Shown: in pieces, positions 28,344 to 42,285 of the stretch
Position numbering within the stretch: the first letter of the stretch is position 1
Layout of the letters: each line of letters starts with the position of its first letter
Assembly (NCBI GenBank): GCA_951406725.2
Contig: OX597840.1
Coordinates: forward strand, 38,068,001-38,132,000
Direction of reading: 5' to 3'
Origin: Octopus vulgaris
Taxonomy: Eukaryota
DNA: 64,000 bases
Made by a program: the position numbers and the translations under genes
Notes under the pieces: generated by a model
Databases searched by the model: none
What the model was told of the DNA's origin: nothing
What the model saw: only the letters and a program-made list of their open reading frames with translations

Positions 28344-29117
28344 TACATACATATACATATATATATATACATAAGTATATATGTATGTATTTATATATAT
28401 ATATAAACATATACATGCATATGTATGTGTATATACATATATATATGTATATATATTCATATATATATATATTCATATATATATATATTCATATATATAT
28501 ATATATATAAATATTCATATATGGTCATATATATGTATATATGCATATATATATATGTATAGCTATATATGTGTGTGTGTATAAATATGTATCTGTGCGT
28601 GTTTGTATTTGTTTCCTTCTATGTATGTTCATGTGTGTTTATGTGTGTTTATGAGTTCATGTGCGTGTATAAACACTTATATATTGTTTACTCAAACGTA
28701 ATCCGTATTGATATATATTCCAGCAGTTAGATACCATAACTAGATAAGAAGCCTTTATATTGAGAACGAATGAAGAGAACGAGATGAGTAAAAGAAAAAG
28801 AAAAAAACAACAACGAAAAGAACCACAAATAAAGCAAAAAAAAAGGCATGAACATATAAATTAAAACCTAGAAGAAAACAAACAAATAACAGCACAAACA
28901 GTAGCGATTAGAGTTACCATTTGGTGTGCGAAATGGTATAGAAATGGTAAGATATAAAACAAAACACAAAGATGGAACACTTGGAAAGCTGAAAAGAAGG
29001 AGAAATAGAGAAAGAGACGAGGAAATAAGAAATAAAAAGAGAAATGGAGGGAAAAAGAAAGGACGAAGAAAAATAATTTGGATTCCTTTCAGTTTTTTTT
29101 GTGTTTATGGAAAACTG

Positions 29118-29186
29118 TAATAATGATGAGGACGATGATAATGATGAAGATGATGGTGATAACAACAATAACAATAATAATAATGG

Positions 29187-29217
<31 letters not shown>

Positions 29218-29353
29218 GATGATGATGATGATAATAATGATGATGATAATAATAATGATAATAATAATGATAATAATAATAATGATAATAACAATAATGA
29301 TAATAATAATAATAATGATGATGATGATGATAATAATAATAATACTAATAATT

Positions 29354-29393
<40 letters not shown>

Positions 29394-29422
29394 TAATAAT
29401 AATAATAATAATAATAATAATA
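29118..29422. repeat. (AAT/GAT)n trinucleotide array (similar arrays at 28050-28200, 30110-30435, 30950-31045, 52300-52530, 59215-59850)
   Basis: Direct inspection. Source of the poly-I/N/L/Y ORFs. Confidence 0.95.
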
Positions 29423-29465
29423 TGAAGAAGAAGAATAGTGCACATATAAGTGTAACAACACGACG

Positions 29466-29506
<41 letters not shown>

Positions 29507-29650
29507 GAGAAAGAGAGAGATAAATATATTGTTATACATGCACATATATATATATATATACATATATGTATCATGAGCGTATATATGTATATATATAGAT
29601 GTGTGTGTATATATATATAGATATAAATATATATATACATATATAGACAT

Positions 29651-29683
<33 letters not shown>

Positions 29684-30360
29684 CACATATATAAATACAT
29701 TTTTGTATATGTGTGTGTATGTATTTCTCTCTATATATAAATACTGTACATATGTATTCTATATAAATACAGTAAGATATATGCGTGCATAAAATATTTC
29801 CTGTCAGTGCACGCACGTGTACGAGCGTGCATATGTGTACGTGTGTACGCATGTGTGTGCGCGTGTGTGTATGTGTGTCCGTGTGCGTGAGTCTAGGTGC
29901 ACAAAAATAATACGAAAGCTATTCTTGCAGAATATCATACAACTCCTGACAATTAGATGCGAATGCCTAGATAAGAACTGTAAAGTACGCTACAGTATGG
30001 TTTGGTTTCAAAGAGGTGATATGTATGGCTTAGAACGTAGGATGAAGAGCGACTTCAAAGTGCTTATTGCTACAATGAAATAACAGAACTGTGCTACCAC
30101 TGCTCATAATATTAAAAATGATACAAATAATAATAATAGTAATAATAGTAATAATAATAATAGTAATAATAATAGTAATAATAATAATAATAATGATAAT
30201 AATAGTAATAATGATGATAATAATAATAATGGTAATAGTAATAATAATAATAGTAATAATAATAGTAATAATAATAATAATAATAATGATGATAACAATA
30301 ATATTAATAATAATAATAATAATAATAGTAATGATAATGATAATAATAATAGTAATAATA

Positions 30361-30402
<42 letters not shown>

Positions 30403-30506
30403 GTAATAATAATGATATAATAATAATAATAATACTGCAATTATAAAAGCCAAGCGGTTGCTATCATAGAAAATGCCAAAATAGAGTGAGTTTAGTTGGA
30501 TCGAGG

Positions 30507-30590
<84 letters not shown>

Positions 30591-30641
30591 CATACATGTA
30601 TATGTATATATATATATATGTATATATATATACATATATAC

Positions 30642-30702
<61 letters not shown>

Positions 30703-30950
30703 TATATACGTACAAATATATATATATATGCATATGTATTTGTATACGTATATGTATGTATGTATATATAAATGTATGTACCTAAGTATGTGTATGTGAA
30801 TAGATTCTGCTCCGTGGAGGCACCTTTACGCGAGTGCTTGTACCGTCGGTGGTAAAGCAGTGAAACATAGCGAACTGGATAACAACGGCTGCAATGAAAA
30901 TAACATGATCCGCGGCAACAACAACAACACAATAAACAACAACAACGACA

Positions 30951-31014
<64 letters not shown>

Positions 31015-31495
31015 TAATAATAATAATAGTAATAATAATAATAATATAACTTCAACCGAAACAGAAAGGTTATCCACATTGAAGATAACTTCATATGCAT
31101 GGGTAATATGTATGGCTACACACATACACACACACACACACATACACACAAACATACACACACAGTTGTTCATACATGTGTATATATATATATATATATA
31201 TTTGTAAATACATACTTATGCATATATACATACGTATATCCCTTTAAGAGGACCTTGTCTCCTTGTTCTGGATATGCGTATATATCTATCTATCTATATA
31301 TCTATATATATACACGCATACACACGCATACACACACATGCACACACACATACTCACACACGTACACACACACACACACAAATACACAATGGTGCGTGGG
31401 TGAGGCAGAGGAACACTTCGATGCGAGTGTGTATGCTTGTATTATAAAGAGCTCTTTCACATTGAATTTGTGCCTCTGAGTATTAGAGAGAGAGA

Positions 31496-31533
<38 letters not shown>

Positions 31534-31901
31534 GAGAAAGAGACTGAGGTGGAAGGAGGGGATGCAACAGGGTTGAGAGAGAATCGTAATATTTATATCG
31601 TAGATACAAAAGGAAAACTTTTCAATACAACTTTCGAGAAACGTACTCAATAAAATTCCGGTTTGATTCCCTGCGAAATGAAAGCGACCACATATAACTA
31701 TATTTAAATTCCATAACTTCTCCTCACCAAAGCAGTCATTGCTACGTTGGTGAAACGCTTGTGAACCAAGGAGCGTAGCCACGTTTTCTTGTTTTCAGAT
31801 CAACTTACCTGCAAATTTGGGACTTGCCAGAGAATTTGGTAAACGGAAAATGGAATGTACCTAATGCTTGTGTGTGAGTGCGTTTGTATGTATGTATATA
31901 T

Positions 31902-31996
<95 letters not shown>

Positions 31997-32629
31997 CTTG
32001 GAAGAAGATGCGTTGTGTTCAATCATATAATAATATAAATTTTATATATAAATATATATATATAGAGAGAGAGAGGGAGACAGAGAGAGAGAGAGAGAGG
32101 GAGACTCCCCTCCAAAAAAACATAAGACGAAGACAGGCGGTGTAGTCAACAAACAGATGTATAACGTTCGGTGAGTGAAAGAATCTATCCTCTATGTTTA
32201 ACCCCTTCTGGACAATAAAAAAATAAGAAAAAAGAAATAAGAATAGGCAACTTAATTCTTATTTCTAAATTCGGTGCGTGGCGAAGCAATTCGCTCACCC
32301 CCTGATAATAATTATGTTTATAATTATAGAATATTTGTATAATTTTACCTAAAAATTTTATTTTAACGTACAGAACTACTTGGTAAAATTATAAATGATT
32401 AACTAATTAATTGTTTAATTAATTAATAAATGTTAACCATTTATTAGTATTGATGTATATATATATGTATATATATATATACACACACACATATATATAT
32501 GTACATATATATCTACGAATGAGTGTAAGTGTGTGTGTGTGTGTGCGCGCGCGCTTATGGCGTGTGTACATGTGTCTTTGTGCTTGTGATGTTCCCTACC
32601 ATTCTTTGACAACCTGCTTCTTCTTTTCC

Positions 32630-33162
32630 TGTGTCGATTATATCGACCCCAGTGCGTAACTGGTACTTAATTTATCGACCCCGAAAGGACGAAAGGCAAA
32701 GTTGACCTCGGTGGAATTTGAACTCAGAACGTAGCACCAGCTGAAATACTTATTTGTTTACTACCCACAAGGAGCTAAACACAGAGAGGACAAACAACGA
32801 CAGACAAACGGATTAAGTCGATTACATCGACTCGAGTGTGAAACTGGTTCTTAATTTATCGACCCCTAAAGATGAAAAGCAAAGTCGACCTCGGCGGAAT
32901 TTGAACTCAGAGCACAACGACAGACGAAATACCAATTTCTTTACTACCTACAAGGAGCTAAACACAGAGAGGACAAACATGGACAGAGAAACGGATTATG
33001 GCGATTACATCGACCCCAGTGCGTAACTGGTACTTAATGTATCGACCCCGAAAGGATGAAAGGCAAAGTCCTCGGCGGAATTTGAACTCAGAACGTAACG
33101 GCAGACGAAATACAGCTACGCATTTCGCCCGGCGTGCTAACGATTCTGCCAGCTCACCGCCT
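32630..33162 (-). mobile_element. SINE family B head-to-tail trimer
   Basis: One head (33162-33115) followed by three body units. Junctions at about 32930 and 32750 join ..GTAGTAAA(G/C)AAAT to GTATTTC. Confidence 0.9.
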
Positions 33163-33522
33163 TTGTGCTTATTGCCAAATACGTGTATATTCATGTACGC
33201 AGTGCCTTTATCAACGGCTCTTAGTTTGGTCAAAACACGAGCGTTAATTTTGCATATTTATACAAGACACGTTTCTCGCATTATTATAATAACGGGAATC
33301 TGTTGAGAACAGAATTAATTCAAGGCAACTGAAATAACATCACATGATGAATAATATGTAATCGCTTGAATATAAATCATAAACTGAGATTGCATATGCA
33401 ATGATGATATAAACTGAAGTGAATAATTCGGATCTAATGCAAGAATAATACTTCGCCCAAGATTTTAGAAATGTGCTCAATGAACAGTAAATGTTCTCGT
33501 GTGTATGATTGAGTATATGCTT

Positions 33523-33593
<71 letters not shown>

Positions 33594-33594
<1 letters not shown>

Positions 33595-33825
33595 TTAATC
33601 CAAACAAGAAAACACAGAAAAAAAGAGAAAAAAAAAGAAAAAATGAGAAAAAAACACAGCAACGCAGGACGTGGAACAATTAAAGTATTATTGACGCTCA
33701 GGAAAGAAGGGAAGAAGGAGGGTTTAACTTTTCGAGCGGAGCTCTTCGTCGGAAAACAAGGAGAAGGAAAGATCCCAAGGAGGGAAGATAGAGGAGAAAA
33801 TATTTGAGCTGGCAGTGCTCAAGAG

Positions 33826-33828
<3 letters not shown>
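33594..33828 (-). mobile_element. Penelope-like terminal fragment with degenerate hammerhead (33723-33755), between (GA)n and (TA)n
   Basis: Minus strand: UUU-CCGACGA-A-GAGC(ucc)GCUC-GAAA-AG-UU-AAA. Confidence 0.65.
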
Positions 33829-33911
<83 letters not shown>

Positions 33912-33934
33912 CACGCACTACAGAAACTACAGAA

Positions 33935-34101
33935 ACTGTAGTCCGTGCGTATCACTTAGGTTGACGAGGGAAGGATCACCTCCCTTTGCAAATACCTGGT
34001 AGGGCACAGAAAGTGTGTCAATAGCCAGCTGGAGAAGATGTTCTCCTGGGGCTACAAGCTACAGTAACATACACCCTTAGGGGTTAGCTATATTAGGATG
34101 G
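33935..34101 (-). repeat. Unclassified interspersed repeat (family D), copy 1
   Basis: Reverse complement aligns with 61313-61470 (GTATTTGCAAAGGGAGG, AGTGATACGC, TGTTAC.GTAGCTT). Confidence 0.75.
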
Positions 34102-34157
34102 CAAATATACTTCACATTGTCTCGCAGTTACTGTCTATACCTCGTTCAAAGATTTAT

Positions 34158-34228
<71 letters not shown>

Positions 34229-34377
34229 ACGTACATATATATATATATTATTTAAAAGGAGAAATCAGGTAGGTACAGCGATTGAGAATAATAATACAGC
34301 ATACTCGGGCATATAAAAGCTGTGTATGTAATTTATTAAACTGTATTTAATGTTTAATTTACAGATATAAAAAAATA

Positions 34378-34758
34378 TTCTTTTACTTTTTTCAATCATT
34401 TAACAGCAGCCATTCTGGAGCACCACCTTTAGTCGAACAAATCGACCCCAGGTATTATTTATAAGCGTAGTATTTAGTAATTTTTTTTTGTTTTGTCGTA
34501 CCGCTAAGTTACGGGGACGTAAAAACATCAGTATCGGTTGTCAAGCGATGAGGGGGTGCCAACACATACACAAACACACACACACACATATATACGACGT
34601 GCTTCTTTCAGTTTCCGTCTACGAAATCCACTCACAAGTCTTTGGTCGGCCCGAGGCTATAGTAAAAGACACCTGCCCAAGGTGCTATGCAGTGGGACTG
34701 ACCCCGGAACAATGTGGTTGGTAAGCAAGCTACTTACCACACAGCACTCCTGTGCCTA
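34378..34758 (-). mobile_element. SINE family C, full length
   Basis: Reverse complement of 19656-20060. Confidence 0.9.
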
Positions 34759-35580
34759 TGTAAAAATCGAATAGATTTATATTGGTAGAAAGCCTATACT
34801 GATGTATAAAAATATATTAGCATCTTCGAAGGTGTATATTGAAGGCATCGTCCTGCGTACGGATTAAAAGTGTTGCTAAAAAGATATTTAAAAAAAATAT
34901 TAAACAATAAAATTATAAATTCTCGCGAAAAGGTACATAAAGAATTGTTTGAGCATCCAGATGGAAGGGAAGGTTTCCAACGATTATATGTGATACTCTA
35001 TCAAGAATTAAGTGGTGATACTACGACCGACGGCCTAACCAAATTTTAGACATTGCTTCCTTCATTAGGGAGAATGTATTAGTTAAGGATTCACATCTCA
35101 TATATTATCCTAATGAGTAAATGGGTGTTTGGTTTTATAAACAATACTACGAGTTAGCAGGAAGAAGAGATGTTATAGCAAGAATTGCGGGAAGAAAATT
35201 TAGAATATATGGCAGATTATAAGCAAGTATTTATTCACAAAGAGGTAGGTTAGGGTGGGCGAGTATGAGTATTAATTGGACTATAGCCAATTATAAAGTT
35301 TAATGATGAATCTATCCAGATTCATCAAAATGCTTATGTGTTCAATGATATATGTTGTTGGATGAACATATTCAATACTATAGAGTTATGTCGATGGAGA
35401 ATGCTTATAGATGCTTTAATACATATTCTACATACACGCGTAATTGTATTATACGGAGGGGCTTCTGATATTATAAACCAAGATAATGAATATTGCTATA
35501 TTCTTTAGTTTAAGTTCCTGTGTATATGTGGCTGGCGTTGCTGTGAATTTATATTTTAAGTAAAATACAAATGAGTCCTA

Positions 35581-35626
<46 letters not shown>

Positions 35627-35842
35627 AAGGGAAAGTTTACGAACATAAACAAAAGACGAAGGCAGGTGGTGTACAAACAAACAGATGTATTAGTATAAGG
35701 CTCAGAAATAGAAAAATGTATTTTACGTTTCGAGCCTCCGCTCTTCTACAGAAAGGGACACAGAAAAAAACAAGGTGAGAAACAAGGAGAGAAAAACAAT
35801 GTGTGTAGTAGCTAACGATTTATCATGGCGTCTGACTTGGAC
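35627..35842 (-). mobile_element. Penelope-like terminal fragment in (TA)n with hammerhead-like motif (35721-35754)
   Basis: Minus strand: UUU-CUGUAGA-A-GAGC(ggag)GCUC-GAAA-CG-UA-AAA. The same family occurs at 55441-55566 and partially at 32120-32185. Confidence 0.7.
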
Positions 35843-35854
35843 ATATATATATAT

Positions 35855-36090
35855 AGTGCTTGATCAAAAGTACAGTACTGCATTTATTTACTAACCTAAT
35901 CTTAGTGCTAGTCCTTACAGACAATCGGTTTCATCAGCCCGAAGTTCATAGTTTCATCAGCCCGAAGTTCCCCGACGGTAGTCCATAGTGCCGAGTTATG
36001 AGTGTATAGCTTACTAAATAAACACAATACTATACGTTTAATCAAGCACAATATATAAGCTGACATTGTAGAATACCTGTGCACTATAAT

Positions 36091-36093
<3 letters not shown>
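35855..36093 (-). mobile_element. Probable Penelope-like fragment in (TA)n with decayed hammerhead (35916-36006)
   Basis: Minus strand: UACA-CUCAUAA-CUCGGC...GCUGAU-GAAA-CCGAUUG-UC-UGUA, with an internal ~20 bp tandem duplication (GTTTCATCAGCCCGAAGTTC). Confidence 0.45.
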
Positions 36094-36149
<56 letters not shown>

Positions 36150-36522
36150 CAATGAAAATACAGGTGATGATATATATACGAGAATATATTTTAAGCACGA
36201 CAATCGTTTCGACACATCTAGCATACATTCCTCTTTGGTGGGACACTCAACAAGTGGTTCAGGAGCAGATGTAGGAAGATATAATTATATATATGAAGGA
36301 GAATTATATGGGAAGATGGATAAAATGACATATTTTCTTCCAGTGCACAACAATTGTTTCTATACATCTACACTCACTTAGTACCTTGTTGTGATTATGT
36401 TATTACCATATTGGCTAATTACTAGCATCTATCAAAAGTATAAATGCATAAACATGCTACTTACGTTTGAGACAGAAAGTCTGACACTTAGGAAAACGGT
36501 CTACACCTTTGTAGTCGTTGTA

Positions 36523-36530
36523 ATCATCAC

Positions 36531-36614
<84 letters not shown>
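36523..36614. repeat. (ATC)n microsatellite
   Basis: Direct inspection. Confidence 0.95.
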
Positions 36615-36615
<1 letters not shown>

Positions 36616-36679
36616 TACAACAAGAATAACAGCTACAATATCAGCATAAGAACCATCAACTCGTATGTGTCAGGAAATA

Positions 36680-36900
36680 TTGCTGGAGTGACATTTTGTC
36701 AGCGTATAAACATTCAGCGTCATAATAATCGTCTGAAGATGAGAGCCAGTGCGTCACTAGGATTAGACATTTGCAAATGAGCGCAGTGGAACAGCCTGAA
36801 GTGAAGTGTCTTATTTTCAAGAGCACATCGCAGTCTTCAGCTGGAAGTCGAAATCACGAACATCCCAATGCCACGCTCCTGCCACCATGCTATGCGACTA
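36680..36900 (-). mobile_element. Decayed CORE-like tRNA SINE
   Basis: GTGAAGTGTCTTATTTTCAAGAGCACA is the reverse of the TGTG.TCTTGAGCAAGACACTT.A block. GGAAGTCGAAATC is a reversed B box. Confidence 0.5.
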
Positions 36901-37080
36901 ATGTCCAAATAGTTTATTCACTTTGAAGCAGGAAACTTCTATTCAAAAACCAACTGAATCCTCATACTCAAACGCTGGAGATCCACAATATATATTTATA
37001 CAACATCCACATATGTGAACATACATATTCGTAGATATGTAAGCGTGTGTATGTGCGCATATGCGTATATATATATATAG

Positions 37081-37130
<50 letters not shown>

Positions 37131-37447
37131 GTACAAACACATATTGTGGTACTCGAACGTATATCTATTTCCGAATGTCCGTATGTATGGGTGTGTTTCT
37201 ATGTGTGTGTTCCTATTTCTTTCAAGCCAGTGGTTCAATATTCACGGATCAGTGATGAGAGAATGAGGAATTAAATCTACTGAATACAATCGTCTTGATG
37301 CAATAAATAGCAAATGTTATTTCGATTCTTGTATACCGACCAATATAATGTCATTATTTCACCAATGCATTTTAGCTTTGCCATCACATATTCGCCGTCT
37401 TCCCTCGAATTAGTAGAGATATCCGTCTACTTACAATTCCATATACA

Positions 37448-37504
<57 letters not shown>

Positions 37505-37603
37505 TTATATATATACATATATATATATATATACCCATATATAATTACGCACACACAGAGACATATATATATATATGTATGTTTGTGTGCGTCATTATGT
37601 ATG

Positions 37604-37662
<59 letters not shown>

Positions 37663-38604
37663 GTATATACACATATATGTAATCGTATGGTTCATCAAAG
37701 CTAAATCCATAAATATGTTGGCGAAGGCCTCTGAGTCAATGAAAAGATAACTTCCATTCTTTATGGTAGAAAACCCGCCATATTTATTTATTCGCTGCTT
37801 TGTGGTGTTTGGAGATATAATGAGTTTTGCTGATGCGTTTTTAATTTTAACGAAATAAGTAAATGAATGGATGAAGGCATTAAGATAGAAGAAGCAGTTA
37901 AAGTGAGGAAAGAGAGTATGAAAGAATGTAATTTGGAAATTGAAAGACAAAAGAAGGAGAATTAAGAAGCCGAGAAAGGAAGATAAAGAAACGATCGTTC
38001 GTTCTATTTCGAGAAAGAATAAAGGAATCAATGCAGTTAATAAGATGGAAGAAAAGTGTGAGAGAATAAGGTTGAAGGAAACAATGTATGAAAAGAATGA
38101 AGGGAAAAGAAACAAAGAAAGAGCGAAACAAATAAATGAAAATGAATATATAAATAAGGAGCGAATGAAAAGGAATCTACGAAATAGTTAATGTCCGGAA
38201 GGAATGAGAGAGAAAGAGAAAGAGTGAGAGAGAGAGAGGAAGGAGGGAGAGAATGAGATAGAAATAAAAGTAAGAAGAATTGTGATAGAAGAAACGAGAA
38301 GTAAATAGATATGAGCTTTGGAGAATATTCTGAAGAATGAAAGAAGAAAAACAAAAGGTAGGACATTCTGGGGATTCGTAAATTCTGCTTTACCTTGCAC
38401 TACAAAGTATTGATTTCAAAATATGCCTCATCTCCGCTTTTTGGGTCCGTTTATCTATCTTTGCTAATAGAATTGTTCCAAATTTTGGTTTAGAGCTCCG
38501 TATTTATAAGGAAAGAAGGTCAGTCGATTACACCGGCATCATTAAGTGCTGAGTAATTTAAGGCTGCGAAGACTGTTTTAACAGCATCTCTACTTTTGCC
38601 CTGT

Positions 38605-38992
38605 GTGGAGGCGCAATGGTCCAGCGGTTAGGGCAGCGGATTCGCGGTTGTAGGTTGCGTTTTCAATTCCCAGAAACACGCGTTGTGAGTGTTTATTGAG
38701 CGAAAACAGCTAAAGTTCCACGAGGCTCCGGCAGGGTGTGTTGGCGAACTCTACTGTACTCTTTCACCACAACTTTTTCTCACTCTTTCTTTCTCTTTCT
38801 GCTGTACCTGTATTTCAAAGGGCCAGCCTTGCCACACTCTGTGTCACGCTGAATCTCCTCCAAGAACTATCTTAAGTGTACACGTGTCTGTGGATTGCTC
38901 AGCCACTTGCACGTTAATATACGAGCAGGCTGTTCCGTGGATCGGATCAACTGGAACGCTCCTCGTCGTAACCGACGGAGTGCCAACAACAA
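38605..38992 (+). mobile_element. SINE family A, full length and older, with (AAC)n tail
   Basis: Colinear with 7758-8139 and flanked by ACTTTTGC direct repeats. Confidence 0.9.
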
Positions 38993-39109
38993 CACTTTTG
39001 CTCCGTTTAGCCAAAAGACAATGCATCAACAAAAATTGTCAGGGTTTGTATTTTGATACGTAAATAATGAGGGCTACATTCTGGGATATCAAGAGAGAGG
39101 AATAGTATA

Positions 39110-39320
39110 AACAGTTACAAATTTTAGCACAAAGCCAGCGATTGCAGAAGATGACTTTGTTACATTGACCCTATTTCATGACTGGTACTTAATTTAGCGA
39201 CCCCAAAATGCTGTCCGGCAAAGATGACATCGTCGGGATTTAAGCTCGGAACGTGGAGGGACGAAGGAAATTCTGGCAAGCATTTTGTCCTACATAAATA
39301 CATATCTGCCAGCTCACAGG
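39110..39320 (-). mobile_element. Decayed SINE family B
   Basis: ACTGGTACTTAATTTAGCGACCCCAAAATG and TCTGCCAGCTCAC landmarks. Confidence 0.65.
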
Positions 39321-39439
39321 TTTTTCTCCATAATGAAACAGCACACGTAATTTCCATTCTATGCACAGATATTATCATTCACTTTGGCTTAACGTTCATG
39401 TAATTAAATATATCCATCCGTGACCAACACATATTTGTT

Positions 39440-39810
39440 GACATCTTTCACCTCTAATCTTTTATTTGATTTAGTTTTTAAAGCGCCCATGCTGGGGTAT
39501 TGCTTTCAAGAAAGTCGAACGAATTGACCCCACTACATAATTTTTCAAACTGGTACTTTGTCTATCGGGCTTTTTTACCAAAACAAGTGGTGGGGTGGGA
39601 CAGAGAAACACACGCATATACACACAAACATATATATTCATATACGATACGTTTTTTTTTTTAGTTTTTATCTATCCAATCATTCCCAACGCCTAGTTTG
39701 ACCAAATACTTTAGCGGAAGACACCCAAAGTGTGATACAATGGTACTGAACCCGGAACCATGTGGCTGGGGAGCAAACCTCTTACCATTGCCACAAGGAG
39801 ACGCCTGCAC
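39440..39810 (-). mobile_element. Decayed SINE family C
   Basis: GGTACTGAACCCGGAACCATGTGG and CCATGCTGGGG landmarks. Confidence 0.7.
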
Positions 39811-40380
39811 TTCTAGCGTGATACATTTTAAAATTTTCCTTTTTGTTGTTCTTCGATTTCCATGATGTTTTTGCACCACGGTACGAGCGAGAGTATTCCC
39901 AGTTGAATATCATTTTTCCTGAACCGAAACATGTTGGTCGTCCTTCGTTGTCTCTAAAGAAAGCGACACAATGTGAGGTGCCGGTTGTTCGTGTCATTTA
40001 TTGATCTTAATAGCTTATGAGTTTAGAATGTAAATATTTGCTATGAACCGCCGGTGGATATCTGATAATTTTACAGCATTATTTATATACGTAACTCGGG
40101 CGATCTGGCCGAGGGGGATAACGCTTAGTTCTAATTCGACAAAGTTTACTTTGGTTTTGATAAATAAAATTAAACACATTTTATTACAGAAATAACTAAT
40201 CTCCCATAATTTCTAATTCTGTAACCCCTTTGTTCTCTCTGAATCACTTATAAAAAAGAGGCCGGGAAAAGAGGCCAGTCCAATCTTTCCACAGCCATTA
40301 TGTAAACATATTACCTATATCATCTGTGAAGGCATCAAATTTCTTCTCGTGTTCTACGAACTCCAGTTATACCCAGCAAT

Positions 40381-40582
40381 ACTCTTTACTCTTTTACTTG
40401 TTTCAGTCATTTGACTGTGGCTATGCTGGAGCACCGCCTTTAGTCGAGCAAATCGACCCCAGGACTTATTCTTTGTAAGCCTAGTACTTATTCTATCGGT
40501 CTCTTTTGCCGAACCGCTAGGCTACGGGGACGTAAACACATACCAGCATCGGTTGTGAAGCGATGTTGGGGGACAAACACAG
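40381..40582 (-). mobile_element. SINE family C 3' half
   Basis: ACTCTTTACTCTTTTACTTGTTTCAGTCATTTGACTG..GGGGACAAACACAG. Confidence 0.9.
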
Positions 40583-42134
40583 CAATATGTACATCTTTGA
40601 CATTAAACTTAAAAATTAATTATGAAGAGCAGAATTCGTTGCGTCAGTGTATTACGATTAAGTACTGAGATAAAATTCCATTTCTGTGAGATTCGATATT
40701 TCTGCTTTCCAACGTCGATAAAATGTCTACTCTTATCGCGGTTGTCGTCGTTTACCGCTTATCACCAGCAGTTTAACCTTGAATCAATAGACATATATGA
40801 TCCGTAGCGTTCTTCTCATGATTAATTTTCATTGCAATCGGGCATTGCGCATTTAAAAGTGCATTGCACAAAATATTCAATTCCTTCTATTAAAGACGTT
40901 ACAATACAATCAAAGTAGGTTATTATTATTATTTTTTTTTTTTTTTTCTATTTCTATCATGTCGAGAAGCCTTGTAGAAATGGTCTTAGAAATGAAATAC
41001 TTACTACTTAGAAATAATATACAGGTTTTGATTTAATAATCTACAGGGAAAATTTCCCAGAATGCGATTTATTCTTTTGCCAATGCTGGAAATCAATATT
41101 TTTCTCAAGTTTTGCAAAATATCTGTAGTTTATCTTCTGTATACAATTATTGCAAGCGAGGCAAGAGGTTTTTACATTGACAAAGCCATTAATTTGAATA
41201 TTTCATTTCTGTCTCAGCAGGTCAGCTTGTCACAAACCTGGTGAAGATCTTGAAATTAATCTTGAATTTCTTGTAATCTTACCATTTTTTCTTCCAATTC
41301 GATGATAGTTTCTCACCATGGTGCAGATGTGTTCTACATCTAGGGAACATATCAGTGTATTTTTGACAGATAATTTGATGTAAAGACGAAATACGTGCAA
41401 GCTACACACCGCTGTATCAGCATTCAGTCGTGAGCTGCATATAACAATAGAAAAGTTTTATATTAATATATAGCAGAACAATACATAGTGAAATCTCCAT
41501 TTTTTTTTTCTTTGCGGTTTACTTACAGAACGAAGGACGGTGTTTATGACGTCTTAAAGTGCTTCTGGGACTGACAGGGAGCGGCGAACTATGATGCATG
41601 GTTTTCTGTATGAAGAAGCATTGCCAATTATCCCCATCTACATCGACGCATTGAGTTGAGAACTTGCAACGTAATTGATTCCAGTAAAATCACGCAAGGC
41701 ATAGGAAGAAGTTTAAACAGAGTAACTAAAACTCTACCGTTTCCGAACAAAGAAAAAAAAACGGTCGCCACAGGAACGGCTTCAGTACAGTTGCTGTCTA
41801 TAAAATTTCACCTACTAAATATTAGGTCATGCCTAGGTTATGATAGTGGCGACATATCCAAAATTAAGCGGTGTGAGATCGAATCCTGAATTATACCATT
41901 TGGAAGGTATAACACTCATCGCACGTTTATATCGCGACAACGGTGAAGAATAAGAGTAGGACATTTATGCACCCCAACCCATTAACAGCTTTCCCGGGAC
42001 AACTGCCCCCAATGAACGGAAAGCTCAAATAAATGGTGCAAATAAATACTAATAAAATAATTAGAATGTTACACACATACTTTTATTAATTATTAGCAAT
42101 GACACAGTATTAATATCTAATTTTAACGAATGCG

Positions 42135-42215
42135 AAGGCGGCTAACTTGTCAGAATTCTCAGTACTCCGGACAAAATACTTAGCGGGATTTCGTCCATCT
42201 TTGCGTTTTCTTTTC
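42135..42215 (+). mobile_element. SINE family B head fragment
   Basis: AAGGCGGCTAACTTGTCAGAA..GGACAAAATACTTAGCGGGATTTCGTCC. Confidence 0.55.
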
Positions 42216-42285
42216 AAATATAAATGAAATGTCAAAAGTTGTCATGTGTAAGTTTTGGTGCAACCTTTATATACATATTTATAGT

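Noticed and set aside
32630-33162. CRISPR-like or hammerhead retrozyme array
   Set aside because: Units are SINE bodies with no unique spacers, and neither strand has a CUGANGA/GAAA core.
41040-41350. Possible Tc1 N-terminal fossil on the minus strand
   Set aside because: Only faint peptide hints (KLT..DR, KPL), too weak to call.
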